A stretch of 44,760 bases of DNA from Planctomycetota bacterium. GTDB taxonomy: Bacteria > Planctomycetota > SZUA-567 > H5-PLA8. Positions 18,180 to 28,346 of this stretch are shown here, in pieces. The first letter of the stretch is position 1; each line of letters starts with the position of its first letter. Position numbers and translations under genes: made by a program. A model generated the notes under the pieces. The model was not told the origin of the DNA, ran no database searches, and saw only the letters and a list, made by a program, of their open reading frames with translations. The stretch spans positions 1-44,760 of the forward strand of contig BTVV01000045.1 in the NCBI GenBank assembly GCA_045863855.1, in the 5' to 3' direction.

Positions 18180-19877
18180 ATGCGAACGGCCTTCTGGAGC
18201 GTTGCCCTTAGCCTGATGGGATGTGCCTGGCTGCAAGCCGGCGAATCCGCACGCGATCGCGTGATCGCGCGGCTGCGCCCGCATGTGATGCTGGGCGTCG
18301 CCGCGGCGCCGGGCGACAAATGGATCGAAGAGACGCAGGCCCAAGGCGCGCGCTGGGACGTGCGCTATCAGTATATCTGCGGCGGGGCCAACACGCCCAA
18401 CAACTGGAAGACGTGGAACCAGCCCGCCGGCGCCTTCGCGAAGTTTTACCTCGACGACTCGGCCAAGCAGGGCTGTATCCCCTGCCTGACGTATTACCAG
18501 ATGCTCCAATGCGCGCCGGGCCACGGCCAAGGCGGCGAGGATGCCGTAAACAAGATTAATTGCACCAACGCCGAAACGATGCGCGCGTATTTCGACGACT
18601 TCATCGTGCTGCTCAAGGCCTGCGGCGAATTCAAGCAGACGGTGCTGCTCCATCACGAGCCCGACCTGTGGGGCTACTTCATGATCTCGCCCGTCTTTGC
18701 GCCCAACACCGCCGACGGTGTGAAGGTGCAGGTCAAATCCAGCGGACATCCGGACGCGACGGCTTTCGCCGACAGCGCCGCGGGCTTCGGAAAATGCCTC
18801 GTCGCGATGCGCGATAAGTACGCGCCCAACGCGTTGCTGGCCTGCCACGTCAGCAAGTGGGGCGCGCCGGACACGGATAAGGTCGCTGCCTTTCTGGCGC
18901 AGTGCGGGTCTTGGGACCTGCTCTTCAGCGATCCCAGCGACCGCGACAGCGCCTGGAAGCTCGCGAAGAACTACCATGCCGAAGGCGCGTGGTGGAAGGA
19001 GGAGGACTTTACCGGCTTCCGCGACTGGTGCGCGCAACTCCACCGCAAGACCGGGTTGCCGTTGATCGCGTGGCAGATTCCGATGGGCAATACGATTATG
19101 GCGAGCTGCGACAACACCGAAGGTCACTACATGGACAACCGCCCGGAATACTTCCTCGAGAAGTATCCGGAAAATACGCATCTGGCCGAATGGGCGCGTG
19201 CGGGCTTCGTGGGTTTCCTCTTCGGCGGCGGCGCCGGCGGATGCACTTCGACGCGCGACACCATGAAGGACGGCGTCACGAATCCGGCGAAGATCGAAGG
19301 CAATCGCGGCGAACAAGCGCAGTTCGCGGATGACGACGGCGGCTATTTGCGTCTGCGCGCGGGGAACTACTACCGCAAAGGCCCTTATCCGCTGAAAGGC
19401 GAGCCGCCCAAGCCCGAAACCGCAAAGCCGGCTCCCGTGGCATCCGCGCCTGCGGTGGAACTCGCGAAGTTGGATCTTTCGGTCTGGCATCCGCGGTTGG
19501 CGGCGCTGGTGGCCGAAGGACTTAAGGCTGGACATATCCTGCAGATTCACGCCGACCTGATGGGCAAGAAAGGGCGCTACCGTGTGAAGGACGCAACGCC
19601 GGAATCGTTAAAGGTCGATATGCAGGGCAATCCGTGGCCGCTGGCATGGAAGGAACTCCCGCCCGGCGCCGCCGCCCGGCTGGCGCTGGACGCGGGCGGA
19701 GCGGGCGATGGCCAGGCGCAGGACGGGGTCAGCGCCGAGGCGTTTGCGGTGGCCGCCGCGTATCACCTCGCCGCCGGAGAACGCGATCAGGCCGAGACCT
19801 GTCTGGCTCAGGCCGCGCGCAAGGATGCGGCGAGCGCCTCCGCGGCACGCAAAACGCTGGGGTTGGGCGGAGAGTAA
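18180..19877 (+). CDS. Secreted hypothetical protein, possibly glycoside-hydrolase-like catalytic domain plus helical C-terminal domain
   Basis: Signal peptide. Aromatic-rich N-terminal domain (RYQY, YYQM, HHEPDLWGY, WQIP), Pro linker, Ala-rich tail. Function is a guess. Confidence 0.55.
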   Translation: MRTAFWSVALSLMGCAWLQAGESARDRVIARLRPHVMLGVAAAPGDKWIEETQAQGARWDVRYQYICGGANTPNNWKTWNQPAGAFAKFYLDDSAKQGCIPCLTYYQMLQCAPGHGQGGEDAVNKINCTNAETMRAYFDDFIVLLKACGEFKQTVLLHHEPDLWGYFMISPVFAPNTADGVKVQVKSSGHPDATAFADSAAGFGKCLVAMRDKYAPNALLACHVSKWGAPDTDKVAAFLAQCGSWDLLFSDPSDRDSAWKLAKNYHAEGAWWKEEDFTGFRDWCAQLHRKTGLPLIAWQIPMGNTIMASCDNTEGHYMDNRPEYFLEKYPENTHLAEWARAGFVGFLFGGGAGGCTSTRDTMKDGVTNPAKIEGNRGEQAQFADDDGGYLRLRAGNYYRKGPYPLKGEPPKPETAKPAPVASAPAVELAKLDLSVWHPRLAALVAEGLKAGHILQIHADLMGKKGRYRVKDATPESLKVDMQGNPWPLAWKELPPGAAARLALDAGGAGDGQAQDGVSAEAFAVAAAYHLAAGERDQAETCLAQAARKDAASASAARKTLGLGGE

Positions 19878-19883
19878 CGGGCC

Positions 19884-20723
19884 TCAGTCGTTCGCCAGGC
19901 GCGGCAGACGCCGGTAATGCTGCGGCGCGCAGCCCGTGTGCTTTTTGAAGAAGCGCGAGAAGTAGTACACGTTCGCGAAATCCAGTTCGCGCGCGATCTC
20001 TTTTACTTTCTGGCTTGTCATCAGCAGGCGTTCGGAAGCCAAGCGAACCAGATGGTTCGTCAGGTAGGTCTTAAGCGGGACGCCGATGTCGCGAGAGAAG
20101 TTTTTGGAAAGCATGTCGCGAGAAAGGCCCATGGCGGGGGCCAGGTCGGCGATGGTCAGGCGCGCGCTGGGCGCGCGCTCCAGGCGCTCCAGCAGGGGCC
20201 GGTACGTCTCGCGCAGATCGAGCAGCCGCTGCAGTTCGCGCGGTTCCTGTTCGGCGAAGAGCCCCGCCAAGTACAGGATCAGCGCGCGCAGGCGGCAAAG
20301 CGCTCCGATCGTGTGCAACTCGCGCTCCAGCGCGTTGACCTCCCGGATCGTCCGGCCCAAGCCCGCGCGAAACCGGAAGCGTTCCCGCCCGGTGAACAGG
20401 CTTTGACCGGTGAAGACTTCCAGGGCGAGGTGAAAGCCGGTGATGCGCAGCCCCGGGCGGAATGCGAACTCCAAGTCCACGTGCGGCGGGATGAAGTAGA
20501 CGCGATCCTTGAGCAGCGCGAGGCGTTCGGGGGCGGCGCCCGGAGTGCGGTTACGGATCCAGCCGCCCTCGCGGCCGCGTGTCCCGGCAATCAGGAAGAT
20601 GCGCGCGTGCGGGAAGCGGTTGGTCGCTTGCATCCCGTTCATGGTGCCGAAGGCCGCGTGCGAGATCGTCAGGCGCAGCAGATTGCCGTGATCCACAACG
20701 AACGGATTCTGATGCATGGGCAT
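19884..20723 (-). CDS. AraC family transcriptional regulator
   Basis: C-terminal KVKEIARELDFANVYYFSRFFKKHTGCAPQHYR. Confidence 0.9.
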   Translation of the reverse strand: MPMHQNPFVVDHGNLLRLTISHAAFGTMNGMQATNRFPHARIFLIAGTRGREGGWIRNRTPGAAPERLALLKDRVYFIPPHVDLEFAFRPGLRITGFHLALEVFTGQSLFTGRERFRFRAGLGRTIREVNALERELHTIGALCRLRALILYLAGLFAEQEPRELQRLLDLRETYRPLLERLERAPSARLTIADLAPAMGLSRDMLSKNFSRDIGVPLKTYLTNHLVRLASERLLMTSQKVKEIARELDFANVYYFSRFFKKHTGCAPQHYRRLPRLAND

Positions 20724-20836
20724 TGGGGGTGGCTCCGATTCTTAAAAGTATAACGAATTGACCGCAAAGTTGCATGGCCTCGGAACCTCCCGGCGGGCTA
20801 TGTTGAGGTCAGGCGAAGAACGGGAGAGAACCAGCC

Positions 20837-21580
20837 ATGAAAAGCCTCGAGCAACACGCGTTCGAACTGGATCTGCACGGGTTTACGGTGATTGAGAACG
20901 TGTTGAACGCCGCCGAAGTGTCGGAACTGCGCGTCTGCACGCGCCGGTTGGCGGAGGAGGTCGGCACCGAGGCAACCTTCGGCGGTCCAGCACGGCATGT
21001 GGCCAACCTTGTCGCGCGCGACCGCTCCTATTGGCCACTGATCGACCACACGCGGGTGCTTCCGGTGGTCGAAGCGGTGCTCGGCCCGCAGTTGATTCTG
21101 GGCAGCCTGAACTCACGCATTGTTCGCCCGGGCGACCGCGAGCAGGCGCTGCACAGCGACATACCGGCGGAGTTCCGGAAAGCCGGGCGGCCGATCATGG
21201 CCAACACCGTCTGGTTGCTCGACGATTTCACGCTCGCGAACGGCGCCACGCGTGTCGTTCCCGGCAGCCACCTCAGTCCGATCGAGTCGCCTCCGGCGGA
21301 CCGCGAAATCCTGTTTGTGCATCAGGCCGTGGCGCGCGCGGGCAGCGTATTGGTCTTCAACGGGCAGCTCTGGCACGGCGGCGGAGCCAACCGGACCGAC
21401 CGTGAGCGCGTCGGACTCTTCGGGCATTACCGCATTGGCGCCGGCGGCTGGATGGATTTCCAGAACGACCCGCACGAAGGCTTTCCCGCCGAAGCATGGA
21501 GCACGCTCAACCCGCGGCAGAAAGCCCTGCTGCGCATGACCGGCGGCGTGCGCCCGCGCGTGGAAGCCGTGACCGCTTAG
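20837..21580 (+). CDS. PhyH-family Fe(II)/2-oxoglutarate dioxygenase
   Basis: GFTVIENVL, LHSD, WLLDDFTLANGATRVVPGSH, LWHGGGAN. Confidence 0.9.
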   Translation: MKSLEQHAFELDLHGFTVIENVLNAAEVSELRVCTRRLAEEVGTEATFGGPARHVANLVARDRSYWPLIDHTRVLPVVEAVLGPQLILGSLNSRIVRPGDREQALHSDIPAEFRKAGRPIMANTVWLLDDFTLANGATRVVPGSHLSPIESPPADREILFVHQAVARAGSVLVFNGQLWHGGGANRTDRERVGLFGHYRIGAGGWMDFQNDPHEGFPAEAWSTLNPRQKALLRMTGGVRPRVEAVTA

Positions 21581-22881
21581 CGGATTCCGAAGAGGGCTTT
21601 CGGATTCTGAATCAGGATCCGCTCGGCCAGGTCCAGCGCGGCCTTGGCGTCCAAGGGTTCGGTCACGCTGCTGCCCGCGACCTGGCTCTCTTCGATCTTC
21701 TCGGCCAGCACCTTGGCGAGCACCAAGCGGTAGGTGTTGAACTTCGGCAGGATGAATTCGCTCGAATACCCATCGCTATGGAAGCCGATCATTTTGTTAC
21801 GCGGGAGCACGTCCAGCCGGCGGCGCACTTCGCGGCGGATGTCTTCGGGGTTGTTGGCGTACCACCAGTGGCTGAAGACGAAGACGTTGTGCCGGATCCA
21901 GCCCTGCGCGGCCAGTTCCAGGCCCGCCGTGTCGCTGACCACCATCACCGGGAAGCGCACGTCTGCGTACTTGTTAAAGAGCCCGTCGAGCCCGCGCAGG
22001 TGGCTGTCGCAGCGGAATAAATCCTGCCCTGCGGGAACGCCTTGCGGATACACCTCGCGGTCCGCGCCGACCATCACCACGAACGGCGCTTTGACGCGCG
22101 CGCATTCGGCGGCGATCCGGTCGAGCATGTACGCGGCCCACGCGTAACGTTGCTCTTCGCTGAGGTGTTCACCGGCGGCGAGGCGGCCGTGCACCAGTTC
22201 GGCCTGGCTGCGGCTGACTTCGCCGGCCTGGATGTAGTTCGGCGGCAGGCCCAGTGCGGCGTAGCCCATCTTCCAGCCCGCGTAGCGAGCGAAGATTTTG
22301 CTCAGGCCCTCGTTGAATCGGTCCAGCGATTCGCCGACCTTGATCCCGCTGGCTTTCTCGAGCCGCGGAAGGGTCTTGTGTTTGACGAGGTGGAAAACGA
22401 GGTCGTCGGTGCGCAGGCACGGGACCAGCCGTGCGTCGGCGTGCTTCGAAAGGTCTTCGTCGAAGAGGTTGGTCATGTAGGCCTGGGTGAGGTTGCTCTT
22501 TTCCCAGACCAGGCTTGCGTAGGTCTTCGATTCGATCACCTGCTGCGCGCGTTTGACGATGGTTTCTTTGGGCTGCGTCCACCAATCCGCGCGCGGAATG
22601 CCCAGCAGAATTTCGCTGATGCCCATCATCCAATCGAACTGGACGGTGCCGCGAAGCTGCGGAAGGTGCGGCCAGACGTAATCGATGCGCGCTTGCGGAT
22701 CGTCGGGAAGTTTCACCGGTGTGCCGCGGCTGCTGTTGGCCAGTTCGGTGTAGTAGTGGTAGCCCAGCAGGTCGCCGAGGTGCTTCGCGACGGGCTGATC
22801 GGCACGGACGTGCGTGTGCGGATCGAGGATCGGAAGCTTTTGCAGTTCGCGAAAAAGCTGCGAGACGAGCGTGGCGTTCAT
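21577..22881 (-). CDS. Uronate (glucuronate) isomerase-like amidohydrolase-superfamily protein
   Basis: ILDPHTH metal motif, YHYYTEL, HWWY, GFHSD...EFILPKF. Confidence 0.75.
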   Translation of the reverse strand: MNATLVSQLFRELQKLPILDPHTHVRADQPVAKHLGDLLGYHYYTELANSSRGTPVKLPDDPQARIDYVWPHLPQLRGTVQFDWMMGISEILLGIPRADWWTQPKETIVKRAQQVIESKTYASLVWEKSNLTQAYMTNLFDEDLSKHADARLVPCLRTDDLVFHLVKHKTLPRLEKASGIKVGESLDRFNEGLSKIFARYAGWKMGYAALGLPPNYIQAGEVSRSQAELVHGRLAAGEHLSEEQRYAWAAYMLDRIAAECARVKAPFVVMVGADREVYPQGVPAGQDLFRCDSHLRGLDGLFNKYADVRFPVMVVSDTAGLELAAQGWIRHNVFVFSHWWYANNPEDIRREVRRRLDVLPRNKMIGFHSDGYSSEFILPKFNTYRLVLAKVLAEKIEESQVAGSSVTEPLDAKAALDLAERILIQNPKALFGIR

Positions 22882-23042
22882 CGGCGACTCCTGGGTTAAC
22901 TGGCGTTAAGCTAACAGGATAGCGGTCAGATCGCGGGCTTCAACTGAAGTGCCGGGTGGCGCCACAAATGGGTGCTGAGAGGCGTCCGGCGCCTTCCGTC
23001 CTATAGGGAAGCGTACGATTTTGGCGAAGGGGAGAACGGGCT

Positions 23043-23654
23043 ATGCGGAATCTCGGGGCGGCGATCCTGGCGGCGTGGCTGGTGGTTTCGAGTTCGGTGG
23101 GGGCTGAAGAGGCGAAAAAGGAAGATCCGATCCAGCGGCTGCGCAACGAACTGGAAGCGCAGGCTCGCCGCGCGGGCCAGCAAGACGCGGCCCGCAAAAC
23201 GGGAGGTTCGGCGCGGGCCGAAGCCCCCGCGGCCGGCTGGTCGAAAGACGTCGTCGCGCGCGCCAAAGCTCAGGACGAAGAACGTCGCCGCCGCGAAAAA
23301 GAAGCCGAGAAGGCCGAGAAAGAACTCGCCAAGCGCGCCGAAGAAGCCCGTAAGCGCACGGAGAAGCTCGAACGCGAGGAACTCAAGCGCGAGGAAGAAG
23401 CGCGCAAGGCATGGGCGCGCGGCGGCGAGGGGCGTGAGCGCGCCGCCAGCGGGTACGCTTCGCGTGAACGCGTGTACGTCGAAGGATCGGGCGGCGGCGG
23501 GTACACCGTGGAATCCGGCGGCTGGACCGAACTGGGCGGCGTGAGCCGCTCGTCGTCGAGCCACAGCGGATCGGCCGGCGGCTACGCGAACGAGGGCGCT
23601 TCCGGCGGCAGCAGCATCGGCGTGCGCGCGACGGTGATCCGGCTGGAAGATTGA
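23043..23654 (+). CDS. Secreted hypothetical protein with charged coiled coil and Gly/Ser-rich tail
   Basis: GGAGA RBS, signal peptide, E/K/R-rich helical segment. Confidence 0.65.
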   Translation: MRNLGAAILAAWLVVSSSVGAEEAKKEDPIQRLRNELEAQARRAGQQDAARKTGGSARAEAPAAGWSKDVVARAKAQDEERRRREKEAEKAEKELAKRAEEARKRTEKLEREELKREEEARKAWARGGEGRERAASGYASRERVYVEGSGGGGYTVESGGWTELGGVSRSSSSHSGSAGGYANEGASGGSSIGVRATVIRLED

Positions 23655-23732
23655 GGCCTGCACGTTGCTCCGTACGCGCCCATAAGCTACGCTGCGAGCC
23701 GTGTTCGATCGGCATCCCTCGGTTCGCATCGC

Positions 23733-24989
23733 ATGACGCGCTTTATTCTCATTCCCTATGGCAGCCACGGCGACGTGCATCCTTTCACGGGGCTGGGCGA
23801 GGAACTCCGCCGACGCGGCCACGAGGTGCTCTTCTTCGTCAACGGGCACTTTGCGCCACTGATGGAGAAGCTCGGGTTTCCGGTCGAACTCTTCGGGACC
23901 GACGAAGATTTTCGCAAGGCCACGCTTAATCCGGACATCTGGCATCCCACCAAGGGCTTCGGCGTAGTCGCAGAGGGCGTCAAAGAAGGCTATTTGATGC
24001 ACCTCTACGAGCAGATCCAGAAGCACTCGCGACCGGGGCGTACCGTGCTGGTGTCCTCCGGAATGGCACTGGGCGCGCGGGTGGCGCACGAAAAGCTGGG
24101 CATCCCGCTGGCGACGGTACACCTACAGCCGGCGATCCTACGCAGCGTTCACCGGCCGCCGAAGCTGCCCGGCGCGCCGTGGCCGGCGTGGGCGCCGCAA
24201 GGGTATACGCGGCTGATGTACTGGTTGGCCGATTTCGGCTTCGTCGATCCGATTCTCGGAAATCCGCTCAATGCGTTCCGGGCTGAGTTGGGCCTGCCGC
24301 CGGTCAAACGCTTCATGCATGCGTGGTGGCACAGCCCGCAGCTCGTGGTGGCGCTCTTTCCGGAATGGTTCGCCGAGCCCCAGCCCGATTGGCCGCCACA
24401 GACGGTCTGTGCGGGGTTTCCGCTTTACGACGAGCGCGGCGTGGAGCCGCTCCCCGCCGACGTGGCCGCGTTCTTGGATTCAGGCTCGCCGCCGATCGTA
24501 TTCACGCCGGGCAGCGCGCACCGGCACGGGCGCGGTTTCTTCGAAACGGCCGCCGCGGCGTGCGCGCAACTGGGCCGTCGCGGCATGCTGCTCTCGCGCC
24601 ACCGCGAGAACGTGCCCGAGAAGCTGCCGGATGGCGTGCAGCACTTTGCGTATGTGCCCTTCAGCGAGCTGCTTCCGCACGCGGCCGCTTCGGTGCACCA
24701 CGGCGGTGTGGGCACGTGCGCGCAGGGCTTGGCGGCCGGCGTGCCTCAATTGGTCTGGCCGCTGGCGCACGACCAGTTCGATAACGCCGCTCGGCTCACT
24801 GCCCTTGGCGTCGGCGACGAACTGCGGCCGAAGCACTTCTCCGTCCCGAACCTCGTCGCGAAGCTGCGGCGCCTCTTGGACAACCCGCAGGTGAAGGCAC
24901 GCGCGCAGGCTTTGGCCGCACGGATCGACGGTAAGCTGGCCCGTGAACGCGCGGTCGATGCCATCGAACGCTTGATTCCGGCCCCCTGA
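23733..24989 (+). CDS. Glycosyltransferase family 1 (UDP-glycosyltransferase, RhlB-like)
   Basis: GSHGDVHP, VFTPGS, HHGGVGT, P.AHDQFDNA. Confidence 0.92.
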   Translation: MTRFILIPYGSHGDVHPFTGLGEELRRRGHEVLFFVNGHFAPLMEKLGFPVELFGTDEDFRKATLNPDIWHPTKGFGVVAEGVKEGYLMHLYEQIQKHSRPGRTVLVSSGMALGARVAHEKLGIPLATVHLQPAILRSVHRPPKLPGAPWPAWAPQGYTRLMYWLADFGFVDPILGNPLNAFRAELGLPPVKRFMHAWWHSPQLVVALFPEWFAEPQPDWPPQTVCAGFPLYDERGVEPLPADVAAFLDSGSPPIVFTPGSAHRHGRGFFETAAAACAQLGRRGMLLSRHRENVPEKLPDGVQHFAYVPFSELLPHAAASVHHGGVGTCAQGLAAGVPQLVWPLAHDQFDNAARLTALGVGDELRPKHFSVPNLVAKLRRLLDNPQVKARAQALAARIDGKLARERAVDAIERLIPAP

Positions 24990-25178
24990 CGCTTTCGCGC
25001 GAAGCCGAGCGCGCATTCGGCGTCCAAACCAAGCTCGCCCAGCGACCCCGGCATGCACGAGGTGCCTCGACGTTACCTTTATGTTAAAGCATGCTACGCC
25101 GCTTGATTCTGCCCCCTTGGGCGCGTATCTAAAGGGGCTTAAATCTTTGCCCAATGGGGCTGTTGCAGGAGTGGACGG

Positions 25179-25970
25179 ATGCAAGCCGTGGCACGCATGC
25201 TTGGCGCACTGGGATCCGGTGCGCTGGCGTTGATCGAAGAAGTCGGCCATATGGGTCTATTGGCGAACCGTACGGCGGTCTCGCTGCCGCACATGCGCGC
25301 CGAACCGGTGGCGCTGCAGATGATCCGCTTCGGGATCCGCGCGATCCCGATCGTCGCGCTGGTGAACCTCTTCGTCGGCATGATCGTGGCCGTCTCGATG
25401 TCCGAGATGTTGCACAAGCTGGGCGTGATCACCTGGACGGCAAAGGTGGTGGCGGTGGCGGTGACGCGCGAACTGGCTCCGCTGATGACGGCGATTGTCA
25501 TGAGCGGCTTCGCGGGCGCGGCGATCGCGGCCGAAATCGGCACGATGACGGTGAACGAAGAGATTCTGGCGCTGGAATGCGCGGCGCTTTCCCCCGTGCG
25601 CTTCCTGGTGCTGCCGCGCATGCTGGGCGTCTGCCTGATGATGATGTGCCTGACCCTGATTGCCGACGTGCTGGGCATGTTCGGCGGCTATCTGGTGGGC
25701 ACGACGATGCTCGACATCGGCAGTCCTACCTACGTGGATATCAACAACAACGCGGTGGAATGGATGGACATACCTAAAGGCTTGATCAAAGCCTTCGCCT
25801 TCGGGATGATCATTACCCTGGTGGCCTGCCGCCAGGGCCTCAACGCCCAAGGCGGCGCGCTGGGTGTCGGCCGCGCGACCACCAACGCGGTGGTCCTGAG
25901 CATCGTCCTGATCATCTTCGCGAACCTCTGCTTCACGATCCTCTTCCACTGGACCCTGGCCGCGGTATGA
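25179..25970 (+). CDS. mlaE: MlaE/YrbE family ABC permease
   Basis: RELAPLMTAI, AAEIGTMTVNEEI, LVLPR, GGALGVGRATTNAVV. Confidence 0.93.
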   Translation: MQAVARMLGALGSGALALIEEVGHMGLLANRTAVSLPHMRAEPVALQMIRFGIRAIPIVALVNLFVGMIVAVSMSEMLHKLGVITWTAKVVAVAVTRELAPLMTAIVMSGFAGAAIAAEIGTMTVNEEILALECAALSPVRFLVLPRMLGVCLMMMCLTLIADVLGMFGGYLVGTTMLDIGSPTYVDINNNAVEWMDIPKGLIKAFAFGMIITLVACRQGLNAQGGALGVGRATTNAVVLSIVLIIFANLCFTILFHWTLAAV

Positions 25971-26845
25971 CCTCCGAACGCAAAGCCCCGCAGATGGCTT
26001 CGACCGGCTCCGGCATCACGCCGGCGGCGGATCCGGTCGAAGTATTTACCGACGATCCGCAGGTGGTCATCGAGACCAAGGCGCTGCGCAAGCGCTTCGG
26101 GGAGAAGACCGTGCTGGACGGGATCGACCTGACGGTGCGCCGCGGCGAGACGCTCGTCGTGATGGGCGCGTCCGGTTGCGGCAAATCGACCTTGCTGCGA
26201 ACCCTGATCGGCGCGTATCCGCCCGACGAAGGCACCGTGAAGCTGTTCGGACAAGATCTGAAGCTGGCCAATACGCGGGAACTCGACGGCGTGCGCAAAC
26301 GCTTCGGCATTCTCTTTCAGAGCGGCGCGCTCTTCAGCAGCATGACCGTCGGCGAGAATGTGGCGCTGCCGCTGCGCGAGCACACCGACCTCAACGACGA
26401 CATGATCGACCTGATGGTAAAGGTAAAGCTCGAACTGGTCGGCTTGCGCGAGGCCGAGGATCGCCTGCCCAGCCAGATTTCCGGCGGTATGGCCAAGCGC
26501 GCGGGACTGGCCCGGGCCATCGCGCTGGATCCCGAACTGCTGTTCTACGACGAACCGACCAGCGGCCTCGATCCCATCATGACCGGCATCATCGACGGCC
26601 TGATCATGGACTTGGCGCGGACGATGAACGTGACGAGCGTGGTGGTGACGCACGACCTGAAGAGCGCGTTTCGCGTCGCCGACCGCATGGTGGTGCTCCA
26701 CGAAGGCAAGGTCGTCGCCGAAGGGATGCCGCACGAGATCAAGGGCAGCACGGACACTTTCGTGCGCCGATTCATCCAGGGACCGATCGAGGCCAAGACG
26801 GCCGTTTTCCCGCGCAGTGCGCTGGAGAAAGGCCGCCTGGGCTGA
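25967..26845 (+). CDS. mlaF: MlaF/Mkl family ABC ATPase
   Basis: GASGCGKS, FQSGALF, ISGGMAKRAGLARA, YDEPTSGLDP, VVTHD. ATGA overlap with mlaE. Confidence 0.93.
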   Translation: MTSERKAPQMASTGSGITPAADPVEVFTDDPQVVIETKALRKRFGEKTVLDGIDLTVRRGETLVVMGASGCGKSTLLRTLIGAYPPDEGTVKLFGQDLKLANTRELDGVRKRFGILFQSGALFSSMTVGENVALPLREHTDLNDDMIDLMVKVKLELVGLREAEDRLPSQISGGMAKRAGLARAIALDPELLFYDEPTSGLDPIMTGIIDGLIMDLARTMNVTSVVVTHDLKSAFRVADRMVVLHEGKVVAEGMPHEIKGSTDTFVRRFIQGPIEAKTAVFPRSALEKGRLG

Positions 26846-26914
26846 TGCTCCGGCAGGGCCGTAAGCCGGCATGCGTGCGCCGCGGGGCGGACGCCTAACG
26901 AGTGAGGTTGTGCC

Positions 26915-28330
26915 GTGGCGCGTGGACGCATCAGCAACGCCGAGGTCAAGGCCGGGATCTTCCTGACCTTTTGCATCGGCCTGCTCGTCGCCATGCTCTT
27001 CGTCTACGGCAAAGTCAGCCGGTCGTGGCGCGGGCGGCAAATCCTGCCCGTCGCTTTCGCCAACGTGACCACCCTGCACCCCGACGCGCTGGTGCTCTAC
27101 AACGGCCTCGAGATCGGCCGCGTGCGGCGCATCGAACTGCTGGAACTCGATGCGGCGGCGCTGGAGCGCTTTCCCGTATTCGCCGAACGGCACCTGAGCT
27201 GTCTGCCGCTGACCGATGAAGAACGCGAGGCTTTGCTGGGCGTGGGCCGCGATCGGATCGATGCGGAGATTCGCGAGAAGCTGGTGGGGCGTTCGATGGC
27301 GCTGGTGGGGTTGGAAGTCCTCGCCGAAGGCGACTCCAAGCGTTACCGCGTAGACGATCAAGTTCGCGTCACGGCGACGATCATGAGCGAGTCGGCGATC
27401 GAGATCATCTCCGGCACCGGTGCGCCCTACGATCCCGCCGAAGGGCGCGTACTGCTGGGCGTCAGCGGCGACATGTATTCCGATCTGGCCAAGAGCATGG
27501 ACCAAGTCGCGGAAATTCTGCTCTCCGTGGGCGAAATGGTGGGCGGCGGGGCCGAATCCCCGATGGCGCAAAAACTGCGCAACTTCGACAACTTCACCGA
27601 ACGGATGGACGCGACCTTCGGGCAGGTGGCGCACAACCTGCCGGGCATCTGGGACGGCCTGGACCGCAACATCGACGACGGCAAGCTGAAGGTGGAACAG
27701 GCGCGCGAGAGCATCGCGAACATTCGCCCCGAATTGGAACAGAAACTGGCCTCCGGTAATCAGGGGCTGGTGGACATGAAGGCCAAGGTGGCCGAGTTCA
27801 TGGACAGCGCCCGCGCCAAGGTCAAGGAAGTCCGCGAGGGGACGCTGGAGGATCTGCAGGCCGCCGCGGAGATCTCGAAGCGCTACAAGGGCGAGGTTCC
27901 GACGCTGATCAAGGAGTCTCGCGAATTCGCGCGGCGCATTACCGGTCGCGTGGAGAGCATCGAGCGCGCGATGGTCCGCGCCGACCGCACCCTGCGCGAG
28001 GGCATCTCCAGCACGCGCTCGCTCTTCCAGGGTTTGAGCGAGACGGCCGACAGCCTGGAAGAGAAGTTCTGGTACCTGGGGCATTACCCGCACGCCGCGC
28101 TGCAGACGGTGCGCGGACCGGAAGGCGCGGCGATGGACGCCGAATGGCGGCGCGATCTGATGCGCTGGCACTTCGACAACCTGCGCGGGACGCTCGAGGA
28201 AGCGCGCCGCGAGATCAAGCCCGGCGATCCTTCCGACCAGCAGCGCATGCAGCGCGTGCAGGCGATTTTAGGCGAGATGGACCGTTACCTGTTGGCGCCC
28301 GAGCCCGCGGCGCCGGCGAAGAAACGTTAG
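26915..28330 (+). CDS. MCE/MlaD family protein with long helical C-terminus (paralog 1)
   Basis: EVKAGIF plus TM helix, F.NV..L...A.V.YNGLEIGRV, IEIISG. GTG start after GAGG. Confidence 0.85.
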   Translation: MARGRISNAEVKAGIFLTFCIGLLVAMLFVYGKVSRSWRGRQILPVAFANVTTLHPDALVLYNGLEIGRVRRIELLELDAAALERFPVFAERHLSCLPLTDEEREALLGVGRDRIDAEIREKLVGRSMALVGLEVLAEGDSKRYRVDDQVRVTATIMSESAIEIISGTGAPYDPAEGRVLLGVSGDMYSDLAKSMDQVAEILLSVGEMVGGGAESPMAQKLRNFDNFTERMDATFGQVAHNLPGIWDGLDRNIDDGKLKVEQARESIANIRPELEQKLASGNQGLVDMKAKVAEFMDSARAKVKEVREGTLEDLQAAAEISKRYKGEVPTLIKESREFARRITGRVESIERAMVRADRTLREGISSTRSLFQGLSETADSLEEKFWYLGHYPHAALQTVRGPEGAAMDAEWRRDLMRWHFDNLRGTLEEARREIKPGDPSDQQRMQRVQAILGEMDRYLLAPEPAAPAKKR

Positions 28331-28346
28331 GCAAACCGGAGCACGC

